From Octopus sinensis (Eukaryota), in contig NC_043010.1 of the NCBI RefSeq assembly GCF_006345805.1, positions 21,452,001 through 21,516,000 of the forward strand: a stretch of DNA of 64,000 bases, written 5' to 3'. Positions 1 to 15,273 of this stretch are shown piece after piece. The notes under the pieces were generated by a model. That model searched no databases and was not told the origin of the DNA. It saw nothing but the letters and a program-made list of their open reading frames with translations. Every line of letters begins with the position of its first letter. Position 1 is the stretch's first letter. The translations under genes and the position numbers were made by a program.

Positions 1-245
1 CACGAGCCTTTTCTGGGACTCATGGCTAAATTTCTCGTTTGGCACTGACACATTTAATGATCAGACATACTTTGCTCATCCATAAAGTGAAATAAGGCCG
101 AAATAAGTCGCGTTTTGGTTATTAGAAATATTTAGTTTCAACAAGGTGTGTTGAAAGTCATTTGCGTTGTATACCTAGAAGTACATTTACAGACGTACAC
201 ACATGAGCACACACACACACACATCAATGTTCACATACGTTTTTA

Positions 246-457
246 CGAGGAGTCACTGAAAAGTTCCTGGTTTTAGGGTTATCGTGAAAGGCCTGGTTGG
301 AAACCCCGCTTCCGAGTTCTTTTACAAGGCGTAGAAAACCGGAAGAACCACTGCAATAAGTGAGTGAATCTGAGAGGGGAATATGCTGAATCAAAGCATA
401 ACTGATTTTCCTGAAATTTCTTTTACCCAAAGCCAGGAACTTTTCAGCACTCCCTCA
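246..457 (+). mobile_element. Mariner-derived MITE
   Basis: TA-flanked. TIRs cgaggagtcactgaaaagttcctgg / ccaggaacttttcagcactccctca. The interior retains the transposase C-terminus (FY..GVENRKNHCNK*VNLRGEYAE, compare FY..GI..L..RW.KC...GDYVE). Confidence 0.8.
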
Positions 458-3199
458 TATAAAACACACACAAGTGTGTATTTGGGCGTATATGTGTGGG
501 TTTGTGTATGTATTCGGTATTCTAAGAATCCCTTTTCTCAAATGAACTTTGATATCTGAATAAATAACATATTATTTGGTCAATTTTACAAGACCTAAAT
601 CCTCGCTCAAACGCTGTACGCGTACTACACACACACACCGTAAACGTTCAGTAAAATTTCGAAGTTCCTATCGATAAAGCTAATGAAAATATCTGCCTCT
701 ACGTCTTTATTCAGCCCTTTAGTTAATACTCTGTAATGTTTGTGAAAATTTGCTCTGCTTAAATACATACATAGATATGTATATGTCTATATACATACAT
801 ATATGTATATATATATAGACATGTGTATATATTATATATAAATATGTATTTATTGTACATATATATATATACAAACACACAAACACATATTCACGCACAC
901 ACACATATCTACATGCATACACATACACAGCACACATTCGTCTATGTACATATAAATCGATACAGGCACACATTCCAACAACGTGCTAACTATACACTTA
1001 TCAAACAGAACAGTTGTCCAGCTTTCATTTTATCGTGATTTATGATGGCAGCTTATCACTTGATCAATTTGTTGTGGATATCTCTCTATGATATCTGTAA
1101 ATTACAGCGTTATTGTCAAAGAGGTTCCATTAGAGATTTCAAAATAAAAAAGAAATATTACATCAAAATTTAATTTTTCATTTGACATTTACTGACTCAA
1201 ACTACAAAATGTTCACTATTGATTTTATTATAAATATCAGCTTCTAAATAATTCACTTGGGAAGCAACAATTTTACCTAGCATTCTACGTTGTCTTTCCA
1301 CACTAGTTTTATTTCAATGTCATATTTACACATATTCACACATGTGCTCTCTCACCCTCTAGCTGTCTCTTTCTCCATCTCCCTCCCTCTCGTATTCCCT
1401 CTGTCTCTCACTTCCTCTCTCTGTTCATATACACGCACACATACACATATTCACATAGAGCAGATTCGCATATATTCGTATACATTACTTAAAATCAGCA
1501 AAATTTCGAAGTTACTTGCAAAAAAGTAAATGAAAATATCTGACACTACATTTATGTTCATGCCTTTAATTAATATTCACAGGATTTATGCTCATGAGAT
1601 CTTTCATTTTGACTATGTTACACGTAAAAACACACAAAAGCACAAACAGACACAGTCACACAAATACACTTGCCTAGTGACACACAATCATGCACAGCAC
1701 TCTCACATGCACATACACATATGCACATAATGATATGCTTCTCTGGTTAAGAAATTAGCTTCGAAATTTCGTCTTTTTGGTTTCATTTCCACTATACGAC
1801 TTTCCGACTAAGGAAATATTTTGCGTAACATTAGTGGACCAAAACTCTGAGGAAATCTCCAAGAATCCTTTGGTTTTAGGTTGGTAAGCGTAATGGTCCC
1901 AGCATCCACCTTGTTGCAGGTATTCGGTTGATGGATAACATTTTACCATCAACCTTTCTGTTAAATAGGGTTTGACAATGCATTGAATGTGTCCCGTCTT
2001 CATGCAGATCATAAAAATAAAACAAGCTTTAATTGAGAATTAAAATTCAGCATTACCATTACCTCGTTTCCTTTTCCAACAGGTACTTGAACCCACAAAT
2101 ACGGCCTAATGTACGTAAGGAGTATTCTAATACAAATCTACACGGAAGTCAGATTCATCGAATATTCATAGATCTTAAAATAATAGGCAAAGGTGTTTGT
2201 TGCTTCAATAAATATACTTTAAGCCATGAATTGAGTACTGTTCCTCTCGCTTATCATAGAATCTATGCATTTTACCCCAACTGGTTGGAAACTGTGAATG
2301 AACTAAGATCAAAAGGTGGGTGATGGAAAACTATAATCAGCTCACTGAGAAACATCACACGAACACAGAATTATTTCTATTTTAAGCATATAATAGACGA
2401 ACTGAGAATATGCTTAAAAAATGAACTGGAAAGCATATTTCGAGAAAAGCACCGATAGCATAGCAATAGTTGAATATTTCAGCTTCAAAAGCAGTGGATA
2501 ATCTCCACAAAATAAATAAGTTCATTGAATGTTTTTTTGGGGTATGACATTTGGAAAACTGTGAAATGAATTACATCATCATGTTCCAAAACACAAATGG
2601 GCGAAAATGTATCACACTTTTTAGGTTCAAACAATATACACGCACAAACCAAAATATTTAAAAATATATAGTAACTGGAAAGATTTACTTATATTTGATT
2701 TCTATTAAACAAATTAAAGAAGACGTACCCGAAAAGAAACCAAATTAAATGGAATTATGATTGATGAGAGCGCTAAATTCCTAGCAACAAATTTAAATAT
2801 AGGAGGTCACCTGACGCCATGCCTACTTTACATTGAAGTAACGGATCAGATGTGCAATTTCACAGTGCATGCAAGGTAGGAAGTCATCAGCTCTACAATC
2901 TGAGCTACATATAATCAGGAAATAAATGATAGATTCTACAAAAACAAAAATTAAACGTGTACAAGCATAACAGAATGCGAAAGCAGCGTTTGAATGATAA
3001 CTTTATAACACTTTTATGTAATTGTAGTCGAAAATGCTGACGCAACATCCAGGTAGAGGTTCATTCCGCTTGGTATAATAGAATTCTACCCATCAATTTT
3101 AAACATTCTTCCACGGAAATCGTTAGAATTAGTGCAAATATACACTATAATACACAACACAAAATCGATAACTTTCTTATGTTATGTGGTCAAAAGATG

Positions 3200-3355
3200 T
3201 GGAATTGAGTCGTTAGAACATCGAAAAAAATAATTAGTGGTATTTTTCCAACTACTTATGTTCTGAGTTCAAATACTGCCGAAGTCGAGTTTGCCTTCCT
3301 CGAAGGTTGATAGAATAAAGTACTGGTCAAGTACTGGAGACTGTAATATTTACTC
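3200..3355 (+). mobile_element. SINE family B, degenerate
   Basis: ttctgagttcaaat..gccgaagtcga.tttgccttc. Confidence 0.55.
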
Positions 3356-4569
3356 ATCATTCCCCATGAAAATTACTAGCCTTCTGCCTAAATCAGAAGT
3401 CATTATTTTAAGCATTGTATTAATGTTTGAAAGATCGGGAACTGAACGATTACGATTACGAGGAGAAAGTTGGATTTGCTTGCAAAATACGTCTGACAGT
3501 AAAATCAAGATAAAATCCACTGGTATAGCACTTTACGAAAACAACGGACTTGTTTTATTCTGTCTCATAAACAAACATTTTATAGACAAATTTCATAACG
3601 TTTCTATTCATGGGAACTCAGAAAGTCACCAATTGTCACTTTTGAATAATTTGATAAAAAGGCAAATTGCGATAAATTGTACACTTGAAAATAGTAAATT
3701 TAGTTCTGACACTTATGTGAAACCATGGAAATGATCTCTCCGACTGTAAATTTAACGAATGGACAATATACAAAAATGAAAAGACCAATCACTAACCAAC
3801 AACCATCTACATAGGATTGTATCCAAAGTAAAAGAGAAAATAAAACGAAATAACAGAGACACATATCTTGTAAGATAATAAATATAACCAAGGATGAAAA
3901 TAGAAATACCCGGATTAACCCTTTCCAGATGTTAACTTTATCCACACGATGTTTAAACTTTCTTTAGACTTCTCAGTACGAATAACAACATTTTTTAAAC
4001 AAAAAACTATGTTAATGCCAGATTAAAATAATCGAATTAGCAATCCCCACATCGAACTAAGTATCTACACATAAACAACTCCGACGGACAACACAGTACG
4101 GTTTGATAAGAAAATACCTATGTCAATAAAGAATATACTCTCGACAGAAAATTTGTGGCTCGTGCGGTAAAACCATACCCCTGGGTTAAGGATAGTACGT
4201 TTAAGACATTCATTAAGGCTCAGAGATACGGATACTATCAACGCTGCTTCAGAATATATTTTGTTTAAAAGAAAATTGTATTAGCTTTTCACGGGGCAAT
4301 GAACTATTTACACCAAGGCAAAGGTGTAAGGCAGCTGTAAACGCCACTATCATTTATAAACGATCAAACAACATAAAGTTCTTATTCAAAATGGTCACAT
4401 GTTTTGTACAATAAAAGAAGCTTTGTGGTCTTGCTGCAGTCTCAGACTTTCAAATATATTCACGTAATAATGAATTTCCAAATGTAAACTGACAAAATAT
4501 ACAGGCAATGAATGTAACAAACATGCAGATCAAAAGTGAACAACAACAATAATAATGATAATAATAATA

Positions 4570-5365
4570 GACCCAATATGCCGATAGTACAAGATGGGAT
4601 TGAAAAAGTGGACCGCCTAATATCTGGGTGTAAGGTTTTAGTACCTGTAGAGCACAAACCAAGAGATGACAGAGTTGGTCAATATCTACATTGGATAATG
4701 TGTCGGCATTATAAAATCAAAACTACTGACAAATTGTACAAGCACCACGGTGAGGCTGTAACTGAAGGAGAAAAGGTAACGATTTTTTGAGACTTTCCAG
4801 TATGTACAGACCGGAGCATCAAAGCAAATAAACCAGATATTGTGAAAGATCAAAACGATGAAGTACGTTTATTGACTGACATGAGCATACCTTGTGACCA
4901 TAATATCAAGGCAAAAGGCATAGAAAAATATAAAGCTTTGGTAATCGAAAAAGATGTGGCATCTCAATACAGTTTCAATACCAGTGATTGCAGGAGCAGT
5001 TGGAATGATCAAAAATGGAACTGAAAATTATTTAAGAATGATCCCTGGCTTACCATCCATGCAGGAAGTGCTAAAGATTGTCTTAGCTGGTAGGTCACGT
5101 GTACTGAGAAGAGCATTATCGCTGTGAATTTTCTTTCCTTTTCCCCCCTTTATATTCTTTGTTAACTTTTTCATTTTTCTTTTTCTTTTTCCTCTCTGTA
5201 TTTCTTTCTCCTTTTCTCTATCACATGACCTTGTAAATGGACAACTAGGTGTGTTTATTTTAATATTTTAATGGCCTACCAATGTATACAGCGCGTTTCT
5301 CTGCCCTGGGTGTCAGGGAAACACGCAAGAAATTGAAATAGAATTGAAAGAAGCTGCTAATGAAA
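4570..5365 (+). mobile_element. 5'-truncated R4/Dong-like non-LTR element (RLE domain + 3' UTR) in (AAT)n
   Basis: Translates LISGCKVL..HKPRDDRVGQYLHWIMCRH...IF*DFPVCTDRSIKANKPDIVKDQ..LLTDMSIPCDHNIKAK..EKYKAL, then GAVGMI..LRRALSL*. This is the zinc knuckle plus PD-(D/E)xK restriction-like endonuclease. Flanked by (AAT)n at 4541-4569 and 5365-5451. Confidence 0.85.
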
Positions 5366-5392
5366 ATAATAATAATGATGATGATGATGATG

Positions 5393-5451
<59 letters not shown>
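5365..5451. repeat. (AAT)n/(GAT)n microsatellite
   Basis: Direct reading. Confidence 0.95.
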
Positions 5452-5452
<1 letters not shown>

Positions 5453-5781
5453 TTCAACACGCTGTGTCACGTGCAACATGTGCATATGTTTCTTTTATGC
5501 AATATTCAGTTCTCTTACTCATCAGGAATAACAGTACAACAAATGGCGAAGAAAAATAAGAAACGTAGAATCGAAAAGAACGGATGCGCAGAATATACAA
5601 CTTCATACTTACATGCGTATACATACACACACACCACACATACAAACACACACACACACTCACGCATATACACAGACACACACATATATACACACTCGCA
5701 TATATATATATATATACATATACATACATACATACATTCATACATACATATATATATATATATATTATATATATATACATA

Positions 5782-5817
<36 letters not shown>

Positions 5818-5903
5818 TATATATACATATACATACATACATATATATATATATTATATATATATATATTATATACATATACATACATACATACATACAT
5901 ACA

Positions 5904-5966
<63 letters not shown>

Positions 5967-6615
5967 CATGCATATACATGAGGCATTTACGTAGGTGAAT
6001 GTTGGCGTTTTTCTGAAATGTTCAATGGACTCTCGCCTCTTTCGACTTTCCCCCCTGTTTGGCTTATACTTATCTCCTTGCTATACCCCCAATCCAGTGT
6101 TAATCAATATAAGTGAATCACCTCAGGGACCTTACCGAACCACATCTCATTTACGATTAATATGACTACAGATAAATCCTTAGGGAAACGTGAACCTGTA
6201 GCAATCACAGTTTCTATTATTCCTTTACGCAGAATAATCACATGACCTAATAGTCGCTAAATAAGGAAAATGTCCGTGATGATACCACTGAGAAATCGAA
6301 ACATTTAATTTCATGACGTGTCATTATTCAAATGTCGGATAAACGTTGTTGGTTGGCCAATATATAATTTGCAGCCTGGAGTCAATTGATAGCTGATATA
6401 AGTAAATCATCAGTAGGGGTTCACGCAGAAAATCAATAATATACATACACGAACATAGGCGTATGTAGATGAATAACATGTAGATACACGCACAACATTT
6501 TATGCATAATACGTATATGTGTATGCGCGTGATTGTGTGTGGTGTGTGTGTGTACTTATGCGCGTGATCAAGTATATCAATATATATTGTTGTAAAGATA
6601 CATGGCCACTGAAAG

Positions 6616-6656
<41 letters not shown>

Positions 6657-7131
6657 GTGTTGTAAAGATACATGGCCGCTGAAATATTTACATAGATACA
6701 TATGAATATATATATATTTATATATATATATATGTGTATACATATAAATTCACACACACATATACATGTACATACATATATGTGTGCGTGTGTAGGTATG
6801 TACGCACACCTGTATGTATTTGTGTGTGATTGTACATACGTGTGCGCGTACCTGTTTGCGCATGTGTCTGCTGTGTATATATTATCCAACGACTAAGATG
6901 TAAAGGATTCTGAAATTGGTTTGAAAACTCTTTAATCATATCTCCTGCAGCTATTATGACCTTGCCTTTGATCGGAGATGCAAACTACAGCCTCATTAAC
7001 TAGAAACTAACATACGAACAGAAACCGATCGAAAAATTTAAATTCATTCACTACAACCGAACAGAGAGAAATGTTTATTTAATTAAAAACACACATAAGG
7101 ATAGCTTATTCGTGTTTTATACATACGTACA

Positions 7132-7162
<31 letters not shown>

Positions 7163-8344
7163 CTATCTATCTATCTAGCTAACTATATAAGGTTTGGGGA
7201 TTTATATTTATATAGATGAGTGTGCTTAGATTATATATATATATATGTATATCTATGTATATATGTATATATATATGTATATGTATGCATGTATGCACAT
7301 GAATGTATGTATGTATATATATATATATATATAACATGCATACACAGACACACACACACATATATGATATGGTGTTCTATTAGCAGATTCGATAAAGCGT
7401 TGGAGGTTTCGGGTTGAGATTTTTTTGCCGTCCTGATTGGAAACCAATGTCATATCACGTGTCCACATTTCAATATCGAACCATCAAACTATCTGCCATC
7501 CTGGTGCAAACTTCTCTCTCTCTTATTATCCTTTCGCTCTTTCTCTCCACCCCCTCTCTCTCTCTTCATTTGTAATCTCCTGGATGTTTTGCTGAGTCAA
7601 TCGTAGTTAAATGGAAAGCCTTTCTGTGTAGTCTTGCTTGGGCACCAAAAACAATTAGTGAAGGAATGCATAACGGTGACATCATGTCAATCCCGATTGC
7701 ATGTGTTTTAGTAATATATAACAGAGAGTAATGTAAAAAAAAATGAGTGTATGAAGGCCGATCAGAAAATAAAATCCACGCACAACACATAGCGACACAC
7801 ACAGACACCCCCACGCACACACACACGCACATATTTAGGGAGAGACAGCGATAGACAGATAAACGGCTTAATACATTCCGAGTCAAATTTACATTGACAC
7901 GTATACCCGCATGCTAATGTTCTTCGGTGAGACTCTCAAGAGAATTGTTTCTGTGTTCTGGACTTTTAATGCACCGTATCACAGAAAATTGCTATGCACT
8001 GAAAACATAACTACGTCCAATTTGCTCCGTAATAAAAACAACAAAAAAAACTATGCAATCAAGCTCGATTTGAAGAAATCTGCATTAAAGATAAAATTTA
8101 AAATGAGATACGAAAATAAGTTGCTGCAGTAATTATGGGGATAAATATTAGGATGTTATTGTATTTATGCCGATATAATATTTTTCACGTGTATATTTGA
8201 TGAGAGCGTGCAATAAAAGTATAAACTGAGGGTATTAAATTTAAATATATATATACACACAAACATATATATATATATACACACAAATATATATATATAT
8301 ATATATATACATACATATATACATATATATGTTCTTATATTGTA

Positions 8345-8671
8345 TTACTTTTTTAGTCATTTGACTGAGGCCATGCTGGAGCACCGCTTTTAGTCTAACG
8401 AATAGACCGAGGACATACACTTTGTGAGCCTAGTACTTATTCTATCGGTAACTTTTTGTCGAACCGCTAGTTGACGCGGACGTAATCACCCCAGTAACGA
8501 TTGTTAAGCGATGGTGAATAAAGAAAGAGAGACAACACACACACACAGATGTATATATATATACGACGGGTCCATAATAGAACACACTTGTCGAAGGTAC
8601 CACGCAGTGGGACTGAACCCGGTACTATCTGGTTGGGAAGCAAGCTTCTTACCACATAGCCGCTCCTGCGC

Positions 8672-8673
<2 letters not shown>
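8345..8673 (-). mobile_element. SINE family A
   Basis: Reverse-complement match to the head and tail of 28848-29275. Confidence 0.8.
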
Positions 8674-8713
<40 letters not shown>

Positions 8714-8914
8714 GTAGCAAAAATTGCGATTCAGATTAATTTGGTACTTAAGTTAAGGCACCATAATTTAGTACGGTATTAATATAATTCTACGTCTTTA
8801 TGCAGCTAAAGATTGCTCTGTAATTAAATTGATGTAAAGATTCTATTGTTCAATTAAATGGAGTTGCTTGAAACGATCGTACTGCATTACCTCTGGATAT
8901 CCCTGTTGCTTATT

Positions 8915-8965
<51 letters not shown>

Positions 8966-9216
8966 TAAATAAGGTTCAGTTGAATTAAGTACATAAGTGG
9001 AAGCACCAAGTCAGTCTTGCTCTGTTAAAATATTTAAGAAAAATTATGTCAGTATGTTTTGTCTCTCGTAGTTCCATATTTGTTGCAGCTGAATATAGCG
9101 CGATATTTAAACTGATTGCTCATTACATTAATTCAATGGAGGCGCTTAAAGGGTCCTACTGCTAAAAATCCTCAAATTTTATATATATATATATGTATAT
9201 ATATATGTATATATAT

Positions 9217-9263
<47 letters not shown>

Positions 9264-9534
9264 TGTGTATGTGTATATATATATATATACATATATATTT
9301 ATACATACATACAAATATATATAAATATATATATATATATATATGGATACATATGTATATATGTATACATATGTATGTATCTATCTATTTATTTATCTAT
9401 CTATCTATCTATTTACCTATATATATATATAATAAATATATATATATATATATTATAAATAATGATAAGACCGTTATTCGAAATAATAATCATATCAAGT
9501 GGCCAGCATGGATAGAAAACCCTTATAGGTAACT

Positions 9535-9690
9535 ATTATTAAAATTATAAAAGAAACCACCATGCAACCAAAGCTTGACTCCAGAACCATTTGGATTATT
9601 GTATTACTTGATGTGATTTTGGGGTCAGGCTTTGGATGCAGTCTCTGGCATGGTGGCTTCTTAGATACACTCAATTATAATCTTAATAAT
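9535..9690. repeat. MITE-like imperfect inverted repeat
   Basis: aagaaaccaccatgc / gcatggtggcttctt and ccaaagcttgactcca / tggggtcaggctttgg. Confidence 0.55.
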
Positions 9691-9799
9691 AATTATAGAT
9701 AATCGAAAGTCGAATTTGTCGGTCATTTTTTTCCATGGTTGCACCTAAGAAGTTCCTCTCCAGTGTAAAAGTCTGGGCGGAAAGTCGCCTCACGGCGAA

Positions 9800-9990
9800 C
9801 GCAGATTCTGGGGATGTTTTCGTGGAAGACCATCAGTCACTTGTGCATACCAGCCTCCTCTCTCCGTGCCATCGAGCCTATCCAAGGGAAAGACAAAAGG
9901 ACGATACAGCTTGACACAAGCGACGTCGCAACTCATTTCTACAGCTGAGCGAACTGGATCAACCCAACGCTTGAACCACTGAGCTATGCG

Positions 9991-9992
<2 letters not shown>
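9800..9992 (-). mobile_element. tRNA-head SINE-like element
   Basis: Minus strand begins agcgcatagctcagtggttcaagcgtt (A-box-like) and contains a ctcagctgtagaaatgagt central motif similar to the family C-related copies. Confidence 0.5.
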
Positions 9993-10030
<38 letters not shown>

Positions 10031-10136
10031 ATATATATATAATATATTATATGTATATATGTATATATGTATGTATAATACATATATATACATACATATA
10101 TGTATATTATATATGTAATATATATGTATGTGTATA

Positions 10137-10206
<70 letters not shown>

Positions 10207-10397
10207 ATGTATATTTATATATATATATATTATAATGTATATTATATTTTAGATATATATATTATATATATATATATATAAATATACATATACATATACA
10301 TAATATTATATATATATAAATATACATATACATATATATATATATATTATATTATATATATCAATATAAATATATATATATATATATAAATATACAT

Positions 10398-10474
<77 letters not shown>

Positions 10475-10540
10475 CATATATATATGCATATATATATATA
10501 TATATATACATATATGTATGTATATATACATACATATAAT
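9993..10540. repeat. ~550-bp (TA)n-rich compound microsatellite
   Basis: Direct reading. Confidence 0.95.
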
Positions 10541-10552
10541 ATTGTTTAGTTA

Positions 10553-11751
10553 ATATTGATTTCAAATTTTGGGTATAGAGGGCCAGCAAGTTTGCGGGAA
10601 GGCGGTAAGTAGATTACATTGACCTCAGTGTTTAACTGGTACTTATTTTATAGACCCCGAAAGGCTGAAAGCAAGGTCGACCTCTGTAGAATTTGAACTC
10701 AGCACCAAAAGACAGGCGAAGTGCCGCTAAACCCGGCCTGCTAAGGATTCCGCAGCACACTGCCTTTCGTTTCGTCAATATTAATTTGCTTATAAAAAGA
10801 TTTCAGAAAACAAAAGAATACTTGATATTTATTTATTTTCTGACTAGTTCCAGTGTATGTTGCAATATCAAACTAAGCGTGAGGCGATGAGGTGGCCGAA
10901 TCGTTAGGACACCCAGTTAAAAGCAGAGCGGCATTTCGTTCGTCTTTACGATCTTAGTTAGAATTTTGCCTAGATCGATTTTACCTTTCATTCTTCCCGG
11001 ATCGATAAAACAAGTAATAGTTGAGCACAGAGATCAATATAATTGATTTACTCCCTCCACCTCGTGCCAAAATTTGAACCCAATATCAAAGTATCTGGAA
11101 GGCGACGATGTTGCGGAATCGATAGCACGCCAGATAAATATTTTCGAAGCATTTCACTCGACTTTAACTTCTGACTTCAAATTCCACCGATGTCACCTTT
11201 ACCTTTCATACTTTGGGGGTCGATAACAGAAGTACAGTTGACCACTGGGGCTGACATGATCGACTTAACCTATTCACCGTCTAAAACCACTATTTATTTA
11301 TTTATTGCCCACAGGGGTCTAATCATACAGGGGACAGAAACATGGATCAAGTCGATTACATCGACCCTAGTGCGTAACTGGTACCTATTTAATCGACCCC
11401 GAAAGGATGAAAGGCAAAGTCGCCCTCGGCGCAATTTGAACTCAAAATGAAACGGCAGACGATATACCGTTAAGCCTTTCGCCCGGCGTGCTAACATTTC
11501 TGCCAGCTCGCCACCTTATCTAAAACCAATATTAAGGCGGTGACCTGGCAGAATCGTTACCATGCCACAGGGCGACATGCTTAGCGGCATTTCGTCCGTA
11601 TTTACTTTCTGCGTTCAAATTCCGTCGAGGTCGACTTTGCTTTTCATCCTCTCGGGGTCGATAAAATAAGGATCAGTTGAGCACTGAGGTCGATGTAATT
11701 GACTTAACACGTCCCTCGAAATTGCTGGCTTCGTGTCAAAATCCGAAACTA
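10553..11751. mobile_element. Cluster of five SINE family B copies (-,+,+,-,+)
   Basis: Copies at ~10553-10750(-), 10883-11085(+), 11101-11290(+), 11300-11512(-) and 11536-11751(+) all match 63243-63420. Confidence 0.8.
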
Positions 11752-12362
11752 CTATTTCTGTAACTATGCTTCTCCCTTATACTAGAATTTAAATCTCAAA
11801 TTTTAAGGAATTATTTCATGTTTCGAAAACCGAAAATTTCAACAGGTGCAATTTAAAGAAGCAGGTTTACGCGCCTACGCCATCGATCTGGTTGACTGTC
11901 AGGTGATCTGCTTTAAATTTTATGAATTCACTAAATGACACCAGACCTGCAACTCATCTGGTTTTGTCGTGTGTTATTCAAAATTTAGAGTAAAATAACA
12001 CCAAAAAATAGATTCTCTGAGTGTTCTTCAATTAACCTTTAACTATGTGTCTTGCATAATAACTAGGACAAGAATTCAATCCAATCTGCTGCTTTCTTAT
12101 GGCACTGGTTTCTCTAAATCATTGTCTGTGAATAGTAACACACGGTTACTATCCTCTTCCAGATATAGACTCGAAACCATCATAAAAATTATTTGCTTCT
12201 AAGGGAGCTCGACAACCCAAACACAAGATGCCTAGGTCTCTCTCTTTCCTTCTCTTTCTCTCTTTCTTTCACCCTCTCTCTCTCTCCCTCTATCTATCAC
12301 TGGGATAATTTTTCACAGAAATGTAATTTCAGAATGGGTATAAAATATTTTCCATATAATTA

Positions 12363-12461
<99 letters not shown>

Positions 12462-12638
12462 ATATATAATACATACATACATATATACATGCACGCACGC
12501 GCACACATGAGGATCATATGTTTATAAATATATATGATTATTCGTGGAGCTTTAGATCTCTATACATGTCCACACACATGCACTCGCATATTTACAGGTA
12601 ACATATATATTTATACGTACACACACACATATATATAC

Positions 12639-12677
<39 letters not shown>

Positions 12678-12786
12678 TATGTACAAATATGTGGACGTGT
12701 GTATATATATATATACATATATATATTTATACGTATATGTATATTTATACGTATATATATATATATATATACGTATATATATAAAC

Positions 12787-12864
<78 letters not shown>

Positions 12865-13427
12865 CATACACACACACACATGCATATATATTCAAATTCG
12901 TGCATAGATACATACATAAATGGAGCTGCGCAAAGGACTTCATAGCAGATAATATAAAACATTAGATATAAAATTAGAAATGGCATGTATTTTCAAAGAT
13001 GTGGTTTGGTAGCGATGGTGAAAATTGTTAGAGGATGGAGAAGGATGAAATTGTTTTCAATTTACTTTTAATTCGGCAACATAGCGATATTGTTATTATT
13101 TGTTTTGTTTTGATATTTAGTCATTTTATATATGTGCTTGTTTTTGTTTCTTTTTATTTTAATATATAATTTTACTTTTATATTCGGTTGAATTGATTTA
13201 TTTTCCATCAGTCAGCACAAAACTCTATTTAGATTTTTCGGTTTAATAGTAAACATACCACATCGTCATCAACAACAACACCAATATTAAAAATATAATA
13301 ATTGATAAAGTAATTTAAAAACTGAGTTATTTTAAAATATATTTCAGTTTTAATTAACTTTCTGTTAAGGTAGTATTTGTTTAAAGATTAGATTTCTCTG
13401 TACACTTTACATAAAAATATGCATTCT

Positions 13428-13436
13428 AGATAGATT

Positions 13437-13493
<57 letters not shown>

Positions 13494-13512
13494 TTAGATA
13501 GATTGATTGATT

Positions 13513-13577
<65 letters not shown>

Positions 13578-13700
13578 TAGATAGATAGATAGAGAGATAG
13601 ATAACTTCCTTTATTGGCCACACACGGCTGAACACAGGTAGATAGATAACGAGAGATAGATAGATTGATAGATAGAGAGAGAGAGAGAGAGAGAAGGGGA
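13428..13700. repeat. (GATA)n array grading into (GA)n
   Basis: Direct reading. Confidence 0.95.
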
Positions 13701-14299
13701 GAGAGACATATATGGACAGGGAAGGCTTATATCAGGAATAACCATAAATTAAGAAAAATGGGATCTCGAAGTGATCTTTTTCCTTATATTTTGCTTCCTT
13801 AGCCTTTTGTTTCTTTACTATTAATCGTTTACTCGTCTATTGGTTGCTGTCACTGGATTTGGACCATGCTTGTGTACCGTATTGAATGTGTTTACTGCAA
13901 TACATAGAATCTAGTGCTTCACCTGTTATTCATTTTATCGATCTTTACTAATCCATAAGCTTCTTATCCTCAAACGAAGTCAAAACCAATAGAACTGTCA
14001 GTAGTGCTGCTAAGCGCTGGCACTCTGTTATTACTCACAGAACTCATCTTTGGTGAACTATAGCCGCCTGCACCAAAAGAATATGTGGAAAGTTATACCA
14101 CAAACCCCTATACGACACAAACATAAGGATCGGTGTTCTAAAGTCATCCCCTCACGCATTAGTAAGTGTTTTGGAACAACATTTCCTACAAGACCATATA
14201 AGTATAATTTCAGCTATATAGGGGATAGGGAATAGGGAACATATTCCTCAACATAGAGAGCCAGAATGTAGGAATTCGCATCCTCAAAAATATCGTTAT

Positions 14300-14485
14300 G
14301 GATCTGCAGGCAATTGAGGAAATATGGACGAAATACATCTAAGCATTTCGCCCTGTGGCGCGATAGAGTTTCTGCCAGGTCACTGCCTTACAGTTGCCTA
14401 AATATTGGTTTTAGATAGTGAATAGGATAAGTCGATTACGTAGACCCTGGTGCTCAACTGGTACTTATTTTATCGACCCCGAAAG
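14300..14485 (-). mobile_element. SINE family B tail-to-head dimer junction
   Basis: Reverse complement reads B-tail, cctattcactatctaaaaccaatatt, then B-head with gacctggcag and ccacagggcg, as at 11210-11600. Confidence 0.7.
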
Positions 14486-14864
14486 TACATATTATAACGT
14501 TATAACATGTTCTTTACAAAAGTTTGTTACAAAGAAGACTTTCGAAAACTGCCTGCGCCCATGAGCAGGCAGTTTTGAAAACAGAAGAAAGTATGAACGA
14601 ATGCGAGTTTCATACTAATGACCCAACATTTAGGAATGGACATAAATTCAATCCCAAAATACCCATAAAGAAATATGAATAAGTGTCTATGCTAAGTTTC
14701 AGGCTCCTAACTGCAAAAACGTGGTCTTTAAATAGAAACAAAGCTCAATATGTTCTCAATATGATCTTTGAATTATTATGGACTGTTTACCTCCACGAAG
14801 TTTCACTCATGAATTATTGTTGAAACCGAGGCCAAAATATCATATTCTTTTTAGACTTTTAGAC

Positions 14865-15086
14865 GTTTCAGTCATTTGACTGTGGCCATTCTGGAGCACC
14901 GCCTTCAGTCGAACGAATCGACTGCAGGACTTATTCTTTGTAAGCCTAGTACTTATTCTATCGGTCTCTTTTGCCGAACCAGTTCAGTTTTGGGGACGTA
15001 AGCACAACAACAACGATTGTCAAGCGATGTGGGGGGAAATAAACACAGACACAAAGGACACACACACACACAAACACATGTATCTC

Positions 15087-15155
<69 letters not shown>

Positions 15156-15273
15156 TTTCAGTTTCCATGTGCCAAATCCACTAACAAGGATTTGGTCTGT
15201 CCGAGGCTATAGCAGAAGGCACTTGCCCAAGGTACCACGCAGTAGGACTGAACCCGAAACCACACAGCCACAC
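14865..15273 (-). mobile_element. SINE family A
   Basis: Reverse-complement match, with internal (TATC)n. Confidence 0.8.

Noticed and set aside
1750-2700. Possible ancient RTE-like RT remnant (ELESIFREKH, SKAVDNLH, MFQNT)
   Set aside because: The motifs are too degraded and not demonstrably collinear in frame. A profile search is needed.
5480-5530. Minus-strand CTGATGA...GAAACATATG, plus a similar partial motif near 60140-60215
   Set aside because: Core fragments are present but stems I and II or the UH cleavage site do not form, so they are not counted as hammerheads.
10553-11751. CRISPR-like or regularly spaced repeat array
   Set aside because: The units are 200-bp diverged SINE copies in mixed orientation, with no constant repeat-spacer periodicity, in a eukaryotic context.
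14545-14576. Perfect 12-bp hairpin AAAACTGCCTGC / GCAGGCAGTTTT, superficially a rho-independent terminator
   Set aside because: Eukaryotic DNA with no upstream gene, and too short for a pre-miRNA.
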